A stretch of DNA of 64,000 nucleotides, taken from contig JAUWHX010000092.1 in assembly GCA_030605695.1 (NCBI GenBank), forward strand, positions 996 through 64,995, read 5' to 3'. Both the position numbers and the translations under genes were made by a program. The notes beneath the pieces are model-generated. The model made no database searches. It was not told the origin of the DNA and was given only the letters and a program-made list of their open reading frames with translations. This stretch comes from a bacterium. GTDB lineage: Bacteria; Hydrothermota; UBA3073; JACQXS01. The first letter of the stretch is position 1. Each line of letters starts with the position of its first letter. Of the stretch, positions 8,548 to 16,991 are shown in pieces.

Positions 8548-8981
8548 AATCTCATTTGAGGCTGCACTCCAAGAGTTTCAGGGAGAACGATGATGTGAAA
8601 TCCACGGTTTCCAGTGAAATAGAGTCTTACCTCATGTTTTTGCAATCCCAGATGGTGAAACAAAAAGTCCAGTAGCTTCTCAACATCTTTTTTAGCTTCT
8701 TTCCCACCTGTATCATCGTCAAAGTCAAAGTAGAGCCCACAATATTGAGGTTCCCCATCTGTTGGCACAGAATTCTCGAAACGTTGGGCTGTGGCATAGA
8801 CATCAGTGTTGCTGTATCTTCTGGCAAGCTGTTCTACCTGTTCCATCTTCACCCGTCTCCATTTAGCTTTCCCATCCCAGAAGTCTCGGTATTTGAATTC
8901 TGAAATAGCTTCCTGAACACACTGATGGTTGGGAATACACCTTCTTTCTTCAATCATAGCGATTTTACTTTGCATAAACAC
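8544..8981 (-). CDS. Archaeo-eukaryotic primase (PriS-like), N-terminal portion carrying motifs I and II
   Basis: GLYFDFDDD (DxD motif I) and YFTGNRGFHIIVL (sGxRGfH motif II). The start is uncertain (GTG 8981 or ATG 8975). Confidence 0.7.
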   Translation of the reverse strand: MFMQSKIAMIEERRCIPNHQCVQEAISEFKYRDFWDGKAKWRRVKMEQVEQLARRYSNTDVYATAQRFENSVPTDGEPQYCGLYFDFDDDTGGKEAKKDVEKLLDFLFHHLGLQKHEVRLYFTGNRGFHIIVLPETLGVQPQMRL

Positions 8982-8988
8982 AATTTAT

Positions 8989-9570
8989 CTAAAAATACCT
9001 TCTAAAGACCGAAGTTATTGGACGAATACTTTGAACATGAGTACGGATAACATACTCGTAATCACGGGCAAGTTGCTCGGGGCTCTTTTCCAGAAGCTCT
9101 GGCGGAGCAATGGCCCTGAACTTCTCCATATACTGCCTCATCAGGCTAACTTGAGCTTCCCAGTTTAAGGGACCCACATATGTGTGGAAGATATGGGTTA
9201 TGTATTTTTCCTCATGGTCATGCTTCAAAACATCACAAATCCGGTCAAGAATATTTCTCAGTCCGCCCATTATTCCTGTTTTAGCTTCAACAAAGGCACT
9301 TTCATACCCGCCCTGTCGGCTGAATTGGCGGTCAATGATTTGTCTAACAACTCCTGAGGCCATTTCTGGAGGCATTGGAGCACCATAGATACACTGATGG
9401 TGATGTTGGTGATATGCTATTATTTCTTCATGGAACTCCTCGTAGGAATTTACTGTGGTTCTCTGAAGTCGGTATGATTCTCTTGCCTGGTCATGCTTTA
9501 TGCTTACTACTTGTGCTATGTTTTCGGAATCAAGAAGCCTGAGTATTTGATTTAGGTCTACACTTTCCAT
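8989..9570 (-). CDS. Hypothetical protein
   Basis: Start set to the ATG at 9570, preceded by AGGAGG. His-rich patch (YHQHHHQ). No domain recognised. Confidence 0.45.
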   Translation of the reverse strand: MESVDLNQILRLLDSENIAQVVSIKHDQARESYRLQRTTVNSYEEFHEEIIAYHQHHHQCIYGAPMPPEMASGVVRQIIDRQFSRQGGYESAFVEAKTGIMGGLRNILDRICDVLKHDHEEKYITHIFHTYVGPLNWEAQVSLMRQYMEKFRAIAPPELLEKSPEQLARDYEYVIRTHVQSIRPITSVFRRYF

Positions 9571-9623
9571 AAACACCTCCTGTCATGGGGCTGACCGGGA
9601 CTCTCCAGTCAGCCCCTTAGAAA

Positions 9624-10004
9624 TTACGGTTTGCATCCATCACTGTAACATAAGTCAGCACAACCGATGAAGCCCATTGGCGAGATATAGAAGCAATTGA
9701 TATGCGTATCCTTACCATAGTCATAATTCTTGTTGTGGGTGCCGCTACATCGAGCATGTATCTTAAAACAGGTATGCTTCCTCTCGGTTTGACCATCAGC
9801 ATGTGTAACCACAGAATAGTGTTCGTAGATTGGTCCTTCAAGAGTGAGTGTTCCAGTGCGTCCACAGTATCTACATGCTCGTTCTCGTATGTGTCTCCGT
9901 AATAATTGAAGGCTTCTTCTCTCCCCTTCATCAAGAGCTCCCTCACCAACTGTTCTGACAAGATATTTCACCGTCTTGTTCGGGTCTATCTTCATCTCTT
10001 TCAC
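9624..10004 (-). CDS. Cys-rich hypothetical protein
   Basis: 126 aa with a GGAGG RBS and multiple Cys/His (CRYCGRTG...). Preferred over the overlapping frame at 9617-9961. Confidence 0.4.
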   Translation of the reverse strand: MKEMKIDPNKTVKYLVRTVGEGALDEGERRSLQLLRRHIRERACRYCGRTGTLTLEGPIYEHYSVVTHADGQTERKHTCFKIHARCSGTHNKNYDYGKDTHINCFYISPMGFIGCADLCYSDGCKP

Positions 10005-10015
10005 CTCCTTTCCGG

Positions 10016-12457
10016 TTAAAAAGTATCAAGTTCACGCCTTGGTGAACTTGTTTCTCTGTTTCTTGTTGCTTTTTTATCCACCTTGACACAGTAATTTCTC
10101 CTTGTGTTCTCAATAATATAGTCCCGGCAAAATGTCTTTTTCCTCTTGGATGGTGGGTAAGTCTTAAAGTTCACGATGTCATTGCCAATCCTTGCGTAAA
10201 CCTCTCCTTTTCCCAGAGTGAGTAAATCATTCACGTCTATCTTTCCCCTAAATTCGTTTACCATCCTTTTGGCATCATCAAGCTCAAGTCCGAAACATAT
10301 GACCGTACCCACATTACCCAATGCCTGCCGAACTTCTGGATTTGCCTGTCCTCTTATTTGATATGCTAATGTTGCTGATGCCTTGTACTTCCTGGCTTCC
10401 GTGAGGAATGCTTGTACATCGCAATGAAATCTATGAAATTCATCGCCGTAAATATACACTGGTTTCCTTTTATCCTCGGGAGTATCAGCTCTGGAGAGAA
10501 CTGCCTTATGAATGTGAGAGAAAAGGAAGGAGCCCAAAATATTTGCAGTCGCATACCCTAAAACGCCTGACGGTATCGATATAAGTAGTATCTTGTTGGA
10601 GTCAATTATTTCTCTTATGCTTATTTTGTTTTCCACCTGGGAAAATATGCGATGAGTCTTGTCATTTAAGAAAAATTGACCGAGCTTGTTTAACACTGGG
10701 TCCAGCATCTCGGGAGTGTATTTCTTGAAATCTTCTTCCCAGAATCGCCTGGCTGAAGGATTAGAAAGATAAGGAAGCATCTTTGCTCTGAATTGCTCTC
10801 CTTCAGGGCTTTTTGATAGTAAGATTTGAGAATCCAAAAGTGTAGTTCTTGGAGTTGCCAGCAGGGCATAGAACATCTGTCTAATGATGTTCTCCATACG
10901 GGCCCCCCATGAAGGCAGAATACTCTTCATCAAGGCAACAAAGTCTTCAGCGATCCGTGATATATCTTCGTAGCCCTCTATATCCACAGGATTAAAACAT
11001 GGAGTCCATTCTAAGTCAGCTGGATTAAAAAAGATGACATCATCCTTTCTACTTTCCGGTATGCTGTCAAGCACATCATCTGTCAGGTCCCCATGAGGCT
11101 CCATAAGGAGAATAGCTCCTTTACCTCTTCTCGCATCATCTAACAACATGTTACCCATTAATCCACTTTTGCCAGTATCTGTCTTCCCTAGCAAATATGC
11201 ATGGCTATACCTCATTTCGTCAGGAAGCTTGACTTTAGTTATTGTTATACGCTCGTTGTAACCGAGAGTTACCCCTGATACAGCAAGTTTCTCTGGCACA
11301 GCGAATCCTTCAATTATGTCAAGGTTATGCGGTCTGTCTTCGTCGTGGCTACCAGATGGAAGGTGGCACAGTCCACTTAACTCGGCACTGTTTAGTAAAA
11401 ATCCAGGTCTGTGTGTAGTGCGAGATATAAACATATTCAATATTTTCTGCTTATCTTTCAGTACCTTAAGATAGTCTCGTGATGTGAGAAAACTGAACCC
11501 TCGCCCACCATGTAAGAAATTGCTCATAAAAGAATTCAGACTCTTCACGGTCTCGTGCTGATACTTTTTTCCACAAAAAACACCTATCCTGACAACGGCG
11601 GCAAAAAATGGTTTATCTCGATGAGCTTTAGCTGTCTCACGCTTGCTTAATTCAGGGACATACAGTGAGGGAGTCTGGGAGAACCAGGAAGTGCGTGGGT
11701 TTGCATACTCTGATTGAGTGGTGGTCTTGAACTCGATATCTGTGAGAATTTCTACATTTCTGTGCCAGTTGTTTTGGGGAGAGGTAGGTTTAAAGATGAC
11801 TTGGTAGAAGGCAAACTCGTCTGGGTTGAGCTCATTTATAGCATGTAGAAGTATCTTTAATGGCGAATTACCCAATTCAGCGGGCTCTGTGAAATTCTTG
11901 CAGTATAAACTGTTCATAGGACAGTAATCCATAAATTCAAAAGCATGGGTTTTCGTACCGTTGAGTTTCTTTAATGTAAGATACTTGCTTAGCAAATCAT
12001 TATCTTGTTGCTCTGCGTGTGCTTCGGGATAATTCACCTTAAGAGCGTTCCTCACAGTAGGGAGATCCAGTTTGTCCAGAATGACCAGTTGAAGTTCAAT
12101 CTTTTGGCAATTACCAATGAGTTCAAATGAAATAACAGAAGAAGGAACTACCACTTTCAAAAAATTCTCCGCATCTTTCCAATCCAATTTGTCGTGTTTT
12201 GAAGGCCATACCTTAAGATATATAGGTTTGTTAGGCTTTACATCAAGAGGGACATACGATTCTCGTATCTCGCCATCCTCCTGATTTCTCATTGCAACTC
12301 TTGGGTCAAAAATACTGAACCGAGGTTCAATGTCCACGAGTACTCGGTGTATTGTGGGGTCACACCCTTTTTTGCCTTCCTGCAAGAAGAGATGCTGGAA
12401 GAGGTTGGTAATTGTTTGTGTTACTTGTCCAAGTATTTCTGGATTAGGTCTTGGCAT
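10016..12457 (-). CDS. TraD/VirD4/FtsK-like DNA-translocating ATPase (type IV coupling-protein-like)
   Basis: Walker A LGKTDTGKSGLM, Walker B VYIYGDEFHRF, then ...TEARKYKASATLAYQ. About 400 aa of the N-terminus are uncharacterised. Confidence 0.7.
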   Translation of the reverse strand: MPRPNPEILGQVTQTITNLFQHLFLQEGKKGCDPTIHRVLVDIEPRFSIFDPRVAMRNQEDGEIRESYVPLDVKPNKPIYLKVWPSKHDKLDWKDAENFLKVVVPSSVISFELIGNCQKIELQLVILDKLDLPTVRNALKVNYPEAHAEQQDNDLLSKYLTLKKLNGTKTHAFEFMDYCPMNSLYCKNFTEPAELGNSPLKILLHAINELNPDEFAFYQVIFKPTSPQNNWHRNVEILTDIEFKTTTQSEYANPRTSWFSQTPSLYVPELSKRETAKAHRDKPFFAAVVRIGVFCGKKYQHETVKSLNSFMSNFLHGGRGFSFLTSRDYLKVLKDKQKILNMFISRTTHRPGFLLNSAELSGLCHLPSGSHDEDRPHNLDIIEGFAVPEKLAVSGVTLGYNERITITKVKLPDEMRYSHAYLLGKTDTGKSGLMGNMLLDDARRGKGAILLMEPHGDLTDDVLDSIPESRKDDVIFFNPADLEWTPCFNPVDIEGYEDISRIAEDFVALMKSILPSWGARMENIIRQMFYALLATPRTTLLDSQILLSKSPEGEQFRAKMLPYLSNPSARRFWEEDFKKYTPEMLDPVLNKLGQFFLNDKTHRIFSQVENKISIREIIDSNKILLISIPSGVLGYATANILGSFLFSHIHKAVLSRADTPEDKRKPVYIYGDEFHRFHCDVQAFLTEARKYKASATLAYQIRGQANPEVRQALGNVGTVICFGLELDDAKRMVNEFRGKIDVNDLLTLGKGEVYARIGNDIVNFKTYPPSKRKKTFCRDYIIENTRRNYCVKVDKKATRNRETSSPRRELDTF

Positions 12458-13370
12458 AGTTATCTCCTCTATGTTTTTGGGTTAGCTGAGTAAAACCGTA
12501 TAATCCCTTTTTCTGCGAGGATACTGGTTCCCATATGTCATTGAGGATTGTTTCTGGCGTGATGCGGTCAAAAGTTGTAAGCCATACAAAGTTAGCTTGG
12601 GCTTCAATGCAGGCGTGCTTAATATTCCTTAATCTCTGTTGCCCTGTGGTCACAAACAGCAATCTGAACCCTTTGAACTTTTCGTAATTGAAAATCTTGT
12701 TGTAAGCTGAATATCCTCCTGTGTCGAAATAGCGACAGTACGCTCTAACCTTTTTGGTAATATCATTCTGGATTTGAGACGATGCTTTTATGCTCTCGGT
12801 TGACCTATCAGCCTCCAGAAAGAGTAAGAGTCGCTTGCGAGCACGGTTTTCAAGGTAAAAAGTAGCATCGGGTATTATTTGCTTGCTAACTTTGCTTACC
12901 TCCTGACTCGTGGCAAAATAACAGGAAAGCTCTGACGAGTGTTCACACGCAATTGTGAGATTGATTTTAAAATCGCTTATATGAAGAAAATGCTCAAAGT
13001 GCTGACCATCTCTTATACTTCTATATTTTGGCTTCACGATTTGCACTTTCTTGCCCATAATCGAGGACACCACAGCACTCCCTTCCCTGTTGAGGCAATA
13101 CACATATTCTCCTTTGCCAAAGACGGATGCTATACTTCTCTCAGAACGCTGTAAGTAGCCATTATCAAATAGAATTTTTAGCCTTCGGCATGCTTTCTTT
13201 TGACTTGAAAAATGAAGACGCTGTACCTGCGAGGTAGTCAGGTATTTATAGAACTCAAGGTCAACAAGAATTTTTATATCACGGTTTGTGAGTCTCATTA
13301 AACCTCCAGGGGAGTAGCCCTGTGAGATTCTAACTTGCTTCCACAGGGCTTTGCTCCCTTTTGCCATCAT
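12444..13370 (-). CDS. Replication-relaxation (Replic_Relax) family protein
   Basis: LTNRDIKILVDLEFYKYLTTSQVQRLHFSS...ACRRLKILFDNGYLQR matches the Replic_Relax N-terminal wHTH pattern. 14-nt overlap with the ATPase gene. Confidence 0.65.
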   Translation of the reverse strand: MMAKGSKALWKQVRISQGYSPGGLMRLTNRDIKILVDLEFYKYLTTSQVQRLHFSSQKKACRRLKILFDNGYLQRSERSIASVFGKGEYVYCLNREGSAVVSSIMGKKVQIVKPKYRSIRDGQHFEHFLHISDFKINLTIACEHSSELSCYFATSQEVSKVSKQIIPDATFYLENRARKRLLLFLEADRSTESIKASSQIQNDITKKVRAYCRYFDTGGYSAYNKIFNYEKFKGFRLLFVTTGQQRLRNIKHACIEAQANFVWLTTFDRITPETILNDIWEPVSSQKKGLYGFTQLTQKHRGDNYAKT

Positions 13371-13376
13371 CAGGGA

Positions 13377-13913
13377 CTACAGATTGTATAAGTATATAGA
13401 AGGATCACTTACAAACCCTCTGTGTCCACAGTTTCTACAAGTCCCTATCACTGGATTCTGAACATTAACCCATTTCCCAGGATTGAGTGTTTTCAGCATA
13501 TCTTGAAAATCCAGCTCCTTCTTCCTCGCCTCTCTCAGGCTCTTTCCGAAATCGAATTTGGGCCCCGAATCGAGGTCCAACCGAATCTCTGTCTCCTTCG
13601 GATAGTCGAAGAGCTTAACCTGATTAAGTGGATTTTTGCTGCAATACGAGGCATGACCGATTGTCCGTCCGCATTCATCACATCCGGTGGATAAACATAA
13701 TGTTGGCTTCAGATAGTCACAGGTATTAAGTGGGCTAACTGGTGGCTTCAGATAGTCATAGGTCTTAAGCGGTTTAAACGAGTTTTTACACAAAAGAGGT
13801 GAGATACTGGAGTAACCACTTGAACCAGATGAAGAACTACTTTCCCTACTGGAAGAATCAGGCTCGCCTGAAAACATCTTGCATGGATTAAGAAGAAAAT
13901 CTGTGAAACTCAC
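13377..13913 (-). CDS. Hypothetical Ser-rich protein with Cys clusters
   Basis: GTG start with a GGAGGG RBS. CDECGRTIGH and CRNCGH motifs. Internal duplication (T)YDYLKP / (T)CDYLKP, encoded by a 28-bp imperfect direct repeat at about 13704-13770. Confidence 0.4.
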   Translation of the reverse strand: MSFTDFLLNPCKMFSGEPDSSSRESSSSSGSSGYSSISPLLCKNSFKPLKTYDYLKPPVSPLNTCDYLKPTLCLSTGCDECGRTIGHASYCSKNPLNQVKLFDYPKETEIRLDLDSGPKFDFGKSLREARKKELDFQDMLKTLNPGKWVNVQNPVIGTCRNCGHRGFVSDPSIYLYNL

Positions 13914-14114
13914 GGTACCCTCCTTACACCAACCTTACTAACGGTTTCACTCTCGGGTTTACCACTCCCGATTCTCATCCCCATTGCTTGGTAAATCCCC
14001 TCCTCTCAAATTTTTATCACTTGACTTCTTTAACGACTGTTGTATATAATAATGCAAAAAAGGGGAGTTGGTATATACCGGAAGGCTCGTTGATAATTGG
14101 TCATATGTCTTCGA

Positions 14115-14161
14115 TCCTCAAAGATAGCTGAGACGGACAGGTCACATTGCTATCTTGAGGA
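14115..14161. promoter_or_regulatory. Imperfect 13-bp inverted repeat in the 380-bp gap beside the transfer module (candidate oriT or operator)
   Basis: TCCTCAAAGATAGC (14115-14128) pairs with GCTATCTTGAGGA (14149-14161) with one bulge. The pair is nested inside GGGGAG (14062) and CTCCCC (14164). Confidence 0.3.
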
Positions 14162-14294
14162 CGCTCCCCGTGTCCTTTTCTTTTTAGATGCAGAAAAAAG
14201 AGAAAGATTCGCCATCATTCCTTGCTACATAAGAATTTGGGAGGTTTGAATTGTCTGTAATATTGTCCGTAATAATAGAGATTGTTAGTCTTAT

Positions 14295-15557
14295 GTGCTT
14301 ACCTGTATTGCAAATAGCTTCATTAGTCAGCCAAGTTTATTAATACTTATGAGTGTCCGTGAAGACGAGCGTAAAAAAATAGAGGAGTGTGAGGTAAAGT
14401 TTAATGTTATTGATATTGATAATGATGAATATTACGGCATACTGACTCCACTTGAGCGAGCACTTATTTCATGCTTGAGAAGGAGAGGGGCAAGGAGAGA
14501 TATTCCTATGATAGATATGGCTTGGGATTTAAAACCTTACTATCGTCGGAAACCGAGACGTATATCCCGTAATAGACTTTTAAAAAATAAAAAGAATCAG
14601 ATATATGAAGCTCGAAGGAACATAAACCTAAACGAAAAAGATGGCTGCTTTTATGTGGCTTTAGGGGATACTCCTGGGAGAAATTTTAAGTTACTTGTTT
14701 ATCCAGATGACTTCGAAGAAGCAAAGGAGAGAGATAGAAAATCGCACGAGAGACATACTATATACCGAGAAATGGTGTACATTCCCGCTGGTGAATTTAT
14801 GATGGGTTCAGATGACCCTCAGGTAGGCGACATTGAGAAGCCTGAACACCGTGTTTATGTGGATTCCTTCTATATAGACAAATATGAAGTAACGAATGAA
14901 CAGTTCTGCAAGTTTCTGAATGAAAAAGGTAATCAAGAGGAGGGAAGTATTGGGGAACCTGGCAAGGAACGTCGCTCCAAATGGCTACATATAGACAGGG
15001 AAGAATGCCGGATACAGTATATAGATAGCAGATACCAACCGAAATCGGAATATGCTAAGCATCCTGTAGCATGTGTCACCTGGTATGGGGCAAGAGCTTA
15101 TGCCAAGTGGGCAGGCAAAAGGCTGCCAACAGAAGCAGAGTGGGAAAAGACAGCCCGTGGCGGGATTGAGAGGGGAACATACCCATGGGGGAATGAGTAC
15201 CCGCAGGGAAGAGCGAATTGGGATCACGCGATTAAAAGACTTCCCTCTTCCGGCTATCTGCAAAGGCAAAGGGGAGGGACGAAACCTGTTGGAAGTTATA
15301 GCCCAAATGGCTATGGGCTCTATGATATGGCGGGAAATGTCTGGGAGTGGTGCCAAGATTGGTATGACGACACCTATTACAGGAGTAGCCCAAACCGAAA
15401 TCCAAGAGGGCCGGACTCTGGCACAGGACGTGTTTGTCGTGGTGGTTCGTGGTGTTGGGGTTCGGTATGGTTGCGGTGTAGTTGCCGATTCGGGTCGCGT
15501 CCTGGGGACCCCTCTTGGCGTGCTATGGGATTTCGTTGTGTCCGTTCTCCCGAATGA
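14295..15557 (+). CDS. FGE-sulfatase (SUMF1/EgtB/PvdO-type) domain protein with an uncharacterised basic N-terminal region
   Basis: MVYIPAGEFMMGSDD...YIDKYEVTNEQF...HPVACVTWYGARAYAKWAGKRLPTEAEWEKTARGG...YGLYDMAGNVWEWCQDWY...RVCRGGSW...GFRCVRS. The start is uncertain (GTG 14295 or ATG 14349). Confidence 0.85.
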   Translation: MLTCIANSFISQPSLLILMSVREDERKKIEECEVKFNVIDIDNDEYYGILTPLERALISCLRRRGARRDIPMIDMAWDLKPYYRRKPRRISRNRLLKNKKNQIYEARRNINLNEKDGCFYVALGDTPGRNFKLLVYPDDFEEAKERDRKSHERHTIYREMVYIPAGEFMMGSDDPQVGDIEKPEHRVYVDSFYIDKYEVTNEQFCKFLNEKGNQEEGSIGEPGKERRSKWLHIDREECRIQYIDSRYQPKSEYAKHPVACVTWYGARAYAKWAGKRLPTEAEWEKTARGGIERGTYPWGNEYPQGRANWDHAIKRLPSSGYLQRQRGGTKPVGSYSPNGYGLYDMAGNVWEWCQDWYDDTYYRSSPNRNPRGPDSGTGRVCRGGSWCWGSVWLRCSCRFGSRPGDPSWRAMGFRCVRSPE

Positions 15558-15766
15558 GTATAATATAGATTTCTAAAAACTTTTTTCTGTGTACTGTTTT
15601 CAACTACTTGTTGGTTAATCCCCGTTTTTTCTCTGGAAAGGGGTCCGGGGGAAACCTCTCTTTATAGCCCGATTTATAAAAATTTGCTCAATATTCCAAT
15701 TGCATCAATAAGTTGTAAGTGAATTTCGTGGAGTTGATGTTTGATCTCAAGGGATGAGTAAATACT

Positions 15767-15967
15767 TTACTTCTCAGGAAACTTCTCCAATGCGAGCATT
15801 CCACCAATGCCCCAGTTCGTCTTTGGTTGCTCATTTATGATAATATGGACAGCATCTCGTGGACAGCTCAAGGTATCTGCCACAGTGTCAGTGATTTCTT
15901 TTACAAGTTTTCGCTTTTGCTCAACTGTTGATTTTCCTTTTCAGAGATTGATGGTTATTAGTGGCAT
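15767..15967 (-). pseudogene. 4-oxalocrotonate tautomerase-family gene with an in-frame TGA at codon 9
   Basis: Own translation: MPLITINL*KGKSTVEQKRKLVKEITDTVADTLSCPRDAVHIIINEQPKTNWGIGGMLALEKFPEK*. It has the catalytic Pro1 and matches 4-OT along its length. Absent from the ORF track. Confidence 0.75.
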
Positions 15968-16048
15968 GGTTAGACCTTCTGTTTAAATGTCATTTGAGGA
16001 TTTGACCCTAAATTCTCTAAATTCTACTTTTTGTCTACAAGAATCGTC

Positions 16049-16378
16049 TCAGATTAACGTAAGAAGTCCATCAATTATAAGTTTTTTGATTCCTTCTGCG
16101 AGATTCTGAGCCCTTGCTTTGGCAGCTACTTTCATCTTGAGAGATTCCATTTCTGTTAGGGACTTCATATCAAAAACATACCCTTCAAATTGTTTTTTGG
16201 TTATCAACCCATTGGTAAGTTGGTCCAAATAACGTTCCAATTTTTCTCCCTGCTCTTTGATGAAACTTTCCGCATCATCTTTCGCAGTGTTCACCAAGCC
16301 CTTAATCTCATCCTTAATAAGCTCACCTGCACCATCTTTTAGGTTGCCAATGAACCCATTATACCACTTTAAACTCAT
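16049..16378 (-). CDS. Hypothetical helical protein with a hydrophobic C-terminus
   Basis: 109-aa ORF with a 12-nt gap from the upstream lipoprotein gene. Ends in LIIDGLLTLI. Confidence 0.4.
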   Translation of the reverse strand: MSLKWYNGFIGNLKDGAGELIKDEIKGLVNTAKDDAESFIKEQGEKLERYLDQLTNGLITKKQFEGYVFDMKSLTEMESLKMKVAAKARAQNLAEGIKKLIIDGLLTLI

Positions 16379-16390
16379 AGCTTTACCTCC

Positions 16391-16858
16391 CTATTCATTT
16401 TTGTTCTTTAATCTCTCAGTTTCTATCGCTATATCGAAAGCTTTTGCGATGTTTTCCTTCTGATTGTTCAGGTGTATTTCATTCCATTTTCCGTTTTCCA
16501 GTCGGTCATTAATATGTCTCTCAAACATTTCTTGGATTATCTTTATTTGCCTTGTGGTTTCAATATTCTTTTCTCCTTTTCCAACTTCGTATTCATATAT
16601 CTGGGCAAGCCTCAGGCGACTGATCGCAATCTTATCGGTATTGATGAAATCGCCAACAAAAGTATCATATAAAGTAATTACTTCAGGCTTTAAGTCTGTG
16701 AGGTTCTTATATGTTACAGGATCGTAATATGCTGGAAATCTCAATAAAGAAGTACATCCAGACAAATACAGCAAGAGAAATAGTAAGTTTGCTGCAAGTT
16801 TATTAATCAAATGGTATCTTATTCTACAATCTTTAATTAAATAAGCCTTCATATTCAT
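16391..16858 (-). CDS. Putative lipoprotein
   Basis: Lipobox LLLYLSGC. Start moved to the ATG after the GGAG (MNMKAYL...). Confidence 0.45.
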   Translation of the reverse strand: MNMKAYLIKDCRIRYHLINKLAANLLFLLLYLSGCTSLLRFPAYYDPVTYKNLTDLKPEVITLYDTFVGDFINTDKIAISRLRLAQIYEYEVGKGEKNIETTRQIKIIQEMFERHINDRLENGKWNEIHLNNQKENIAKAFDIAIETERLKNKNE

Positions 16859-16991
16859 TCTCCTTTTTATCTTTGCCATTTTGCCTCCTTGTAATAAAAA
16901 GAACTATTTCTTTCTCTTTCGCAATATATTTCCCAACTTTTCCATTGTTTTACTGATACATAAACATTCAAAAAGAGTTAACGTTTAATTA

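Larger units (their letters stand above)
6963..13913 (-). mobile_element. Integrase-less integrative/conjugative-element-like module
   Basis: It starts exactly at the tRNA-Ser break. All genes are leftward: Xis-like HTH, AEP primase, TraD/VirD4-like ATPase, Replic_Relax protein. Confidence 0.6.

Noticed and set aside
9617-9961. 114-aa ORF overlapping 9624-10004 in another frame
   Set aside because: The 9624-10004 frame has a GGAGG RBS and fits the gene spacing. The alternative lacks both.
14985-15576. Alternate-frame and antisense ORFs (14985-15356 minus, 15073-15576 plus) inside the FGE-sulfatase gene
   Set aside because: The FGE-sulfatase frame carries unmistakable domain motifs. The others are Gly/Arg/Pro-rich products of a locally GC-richer stretch.
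15941-15943. TGA in the 4-OT gene as evidence for genetic-code reassignment (code 4/25) or selenocysteine
   Set aside because: TGA terminates well-supported neighbouring genes (the FGE-sulfatase gene at 15555-15557 and addA at 34678-34680). No SECIS-like hairpin follows. A nonsense mutation is the simpler reading.
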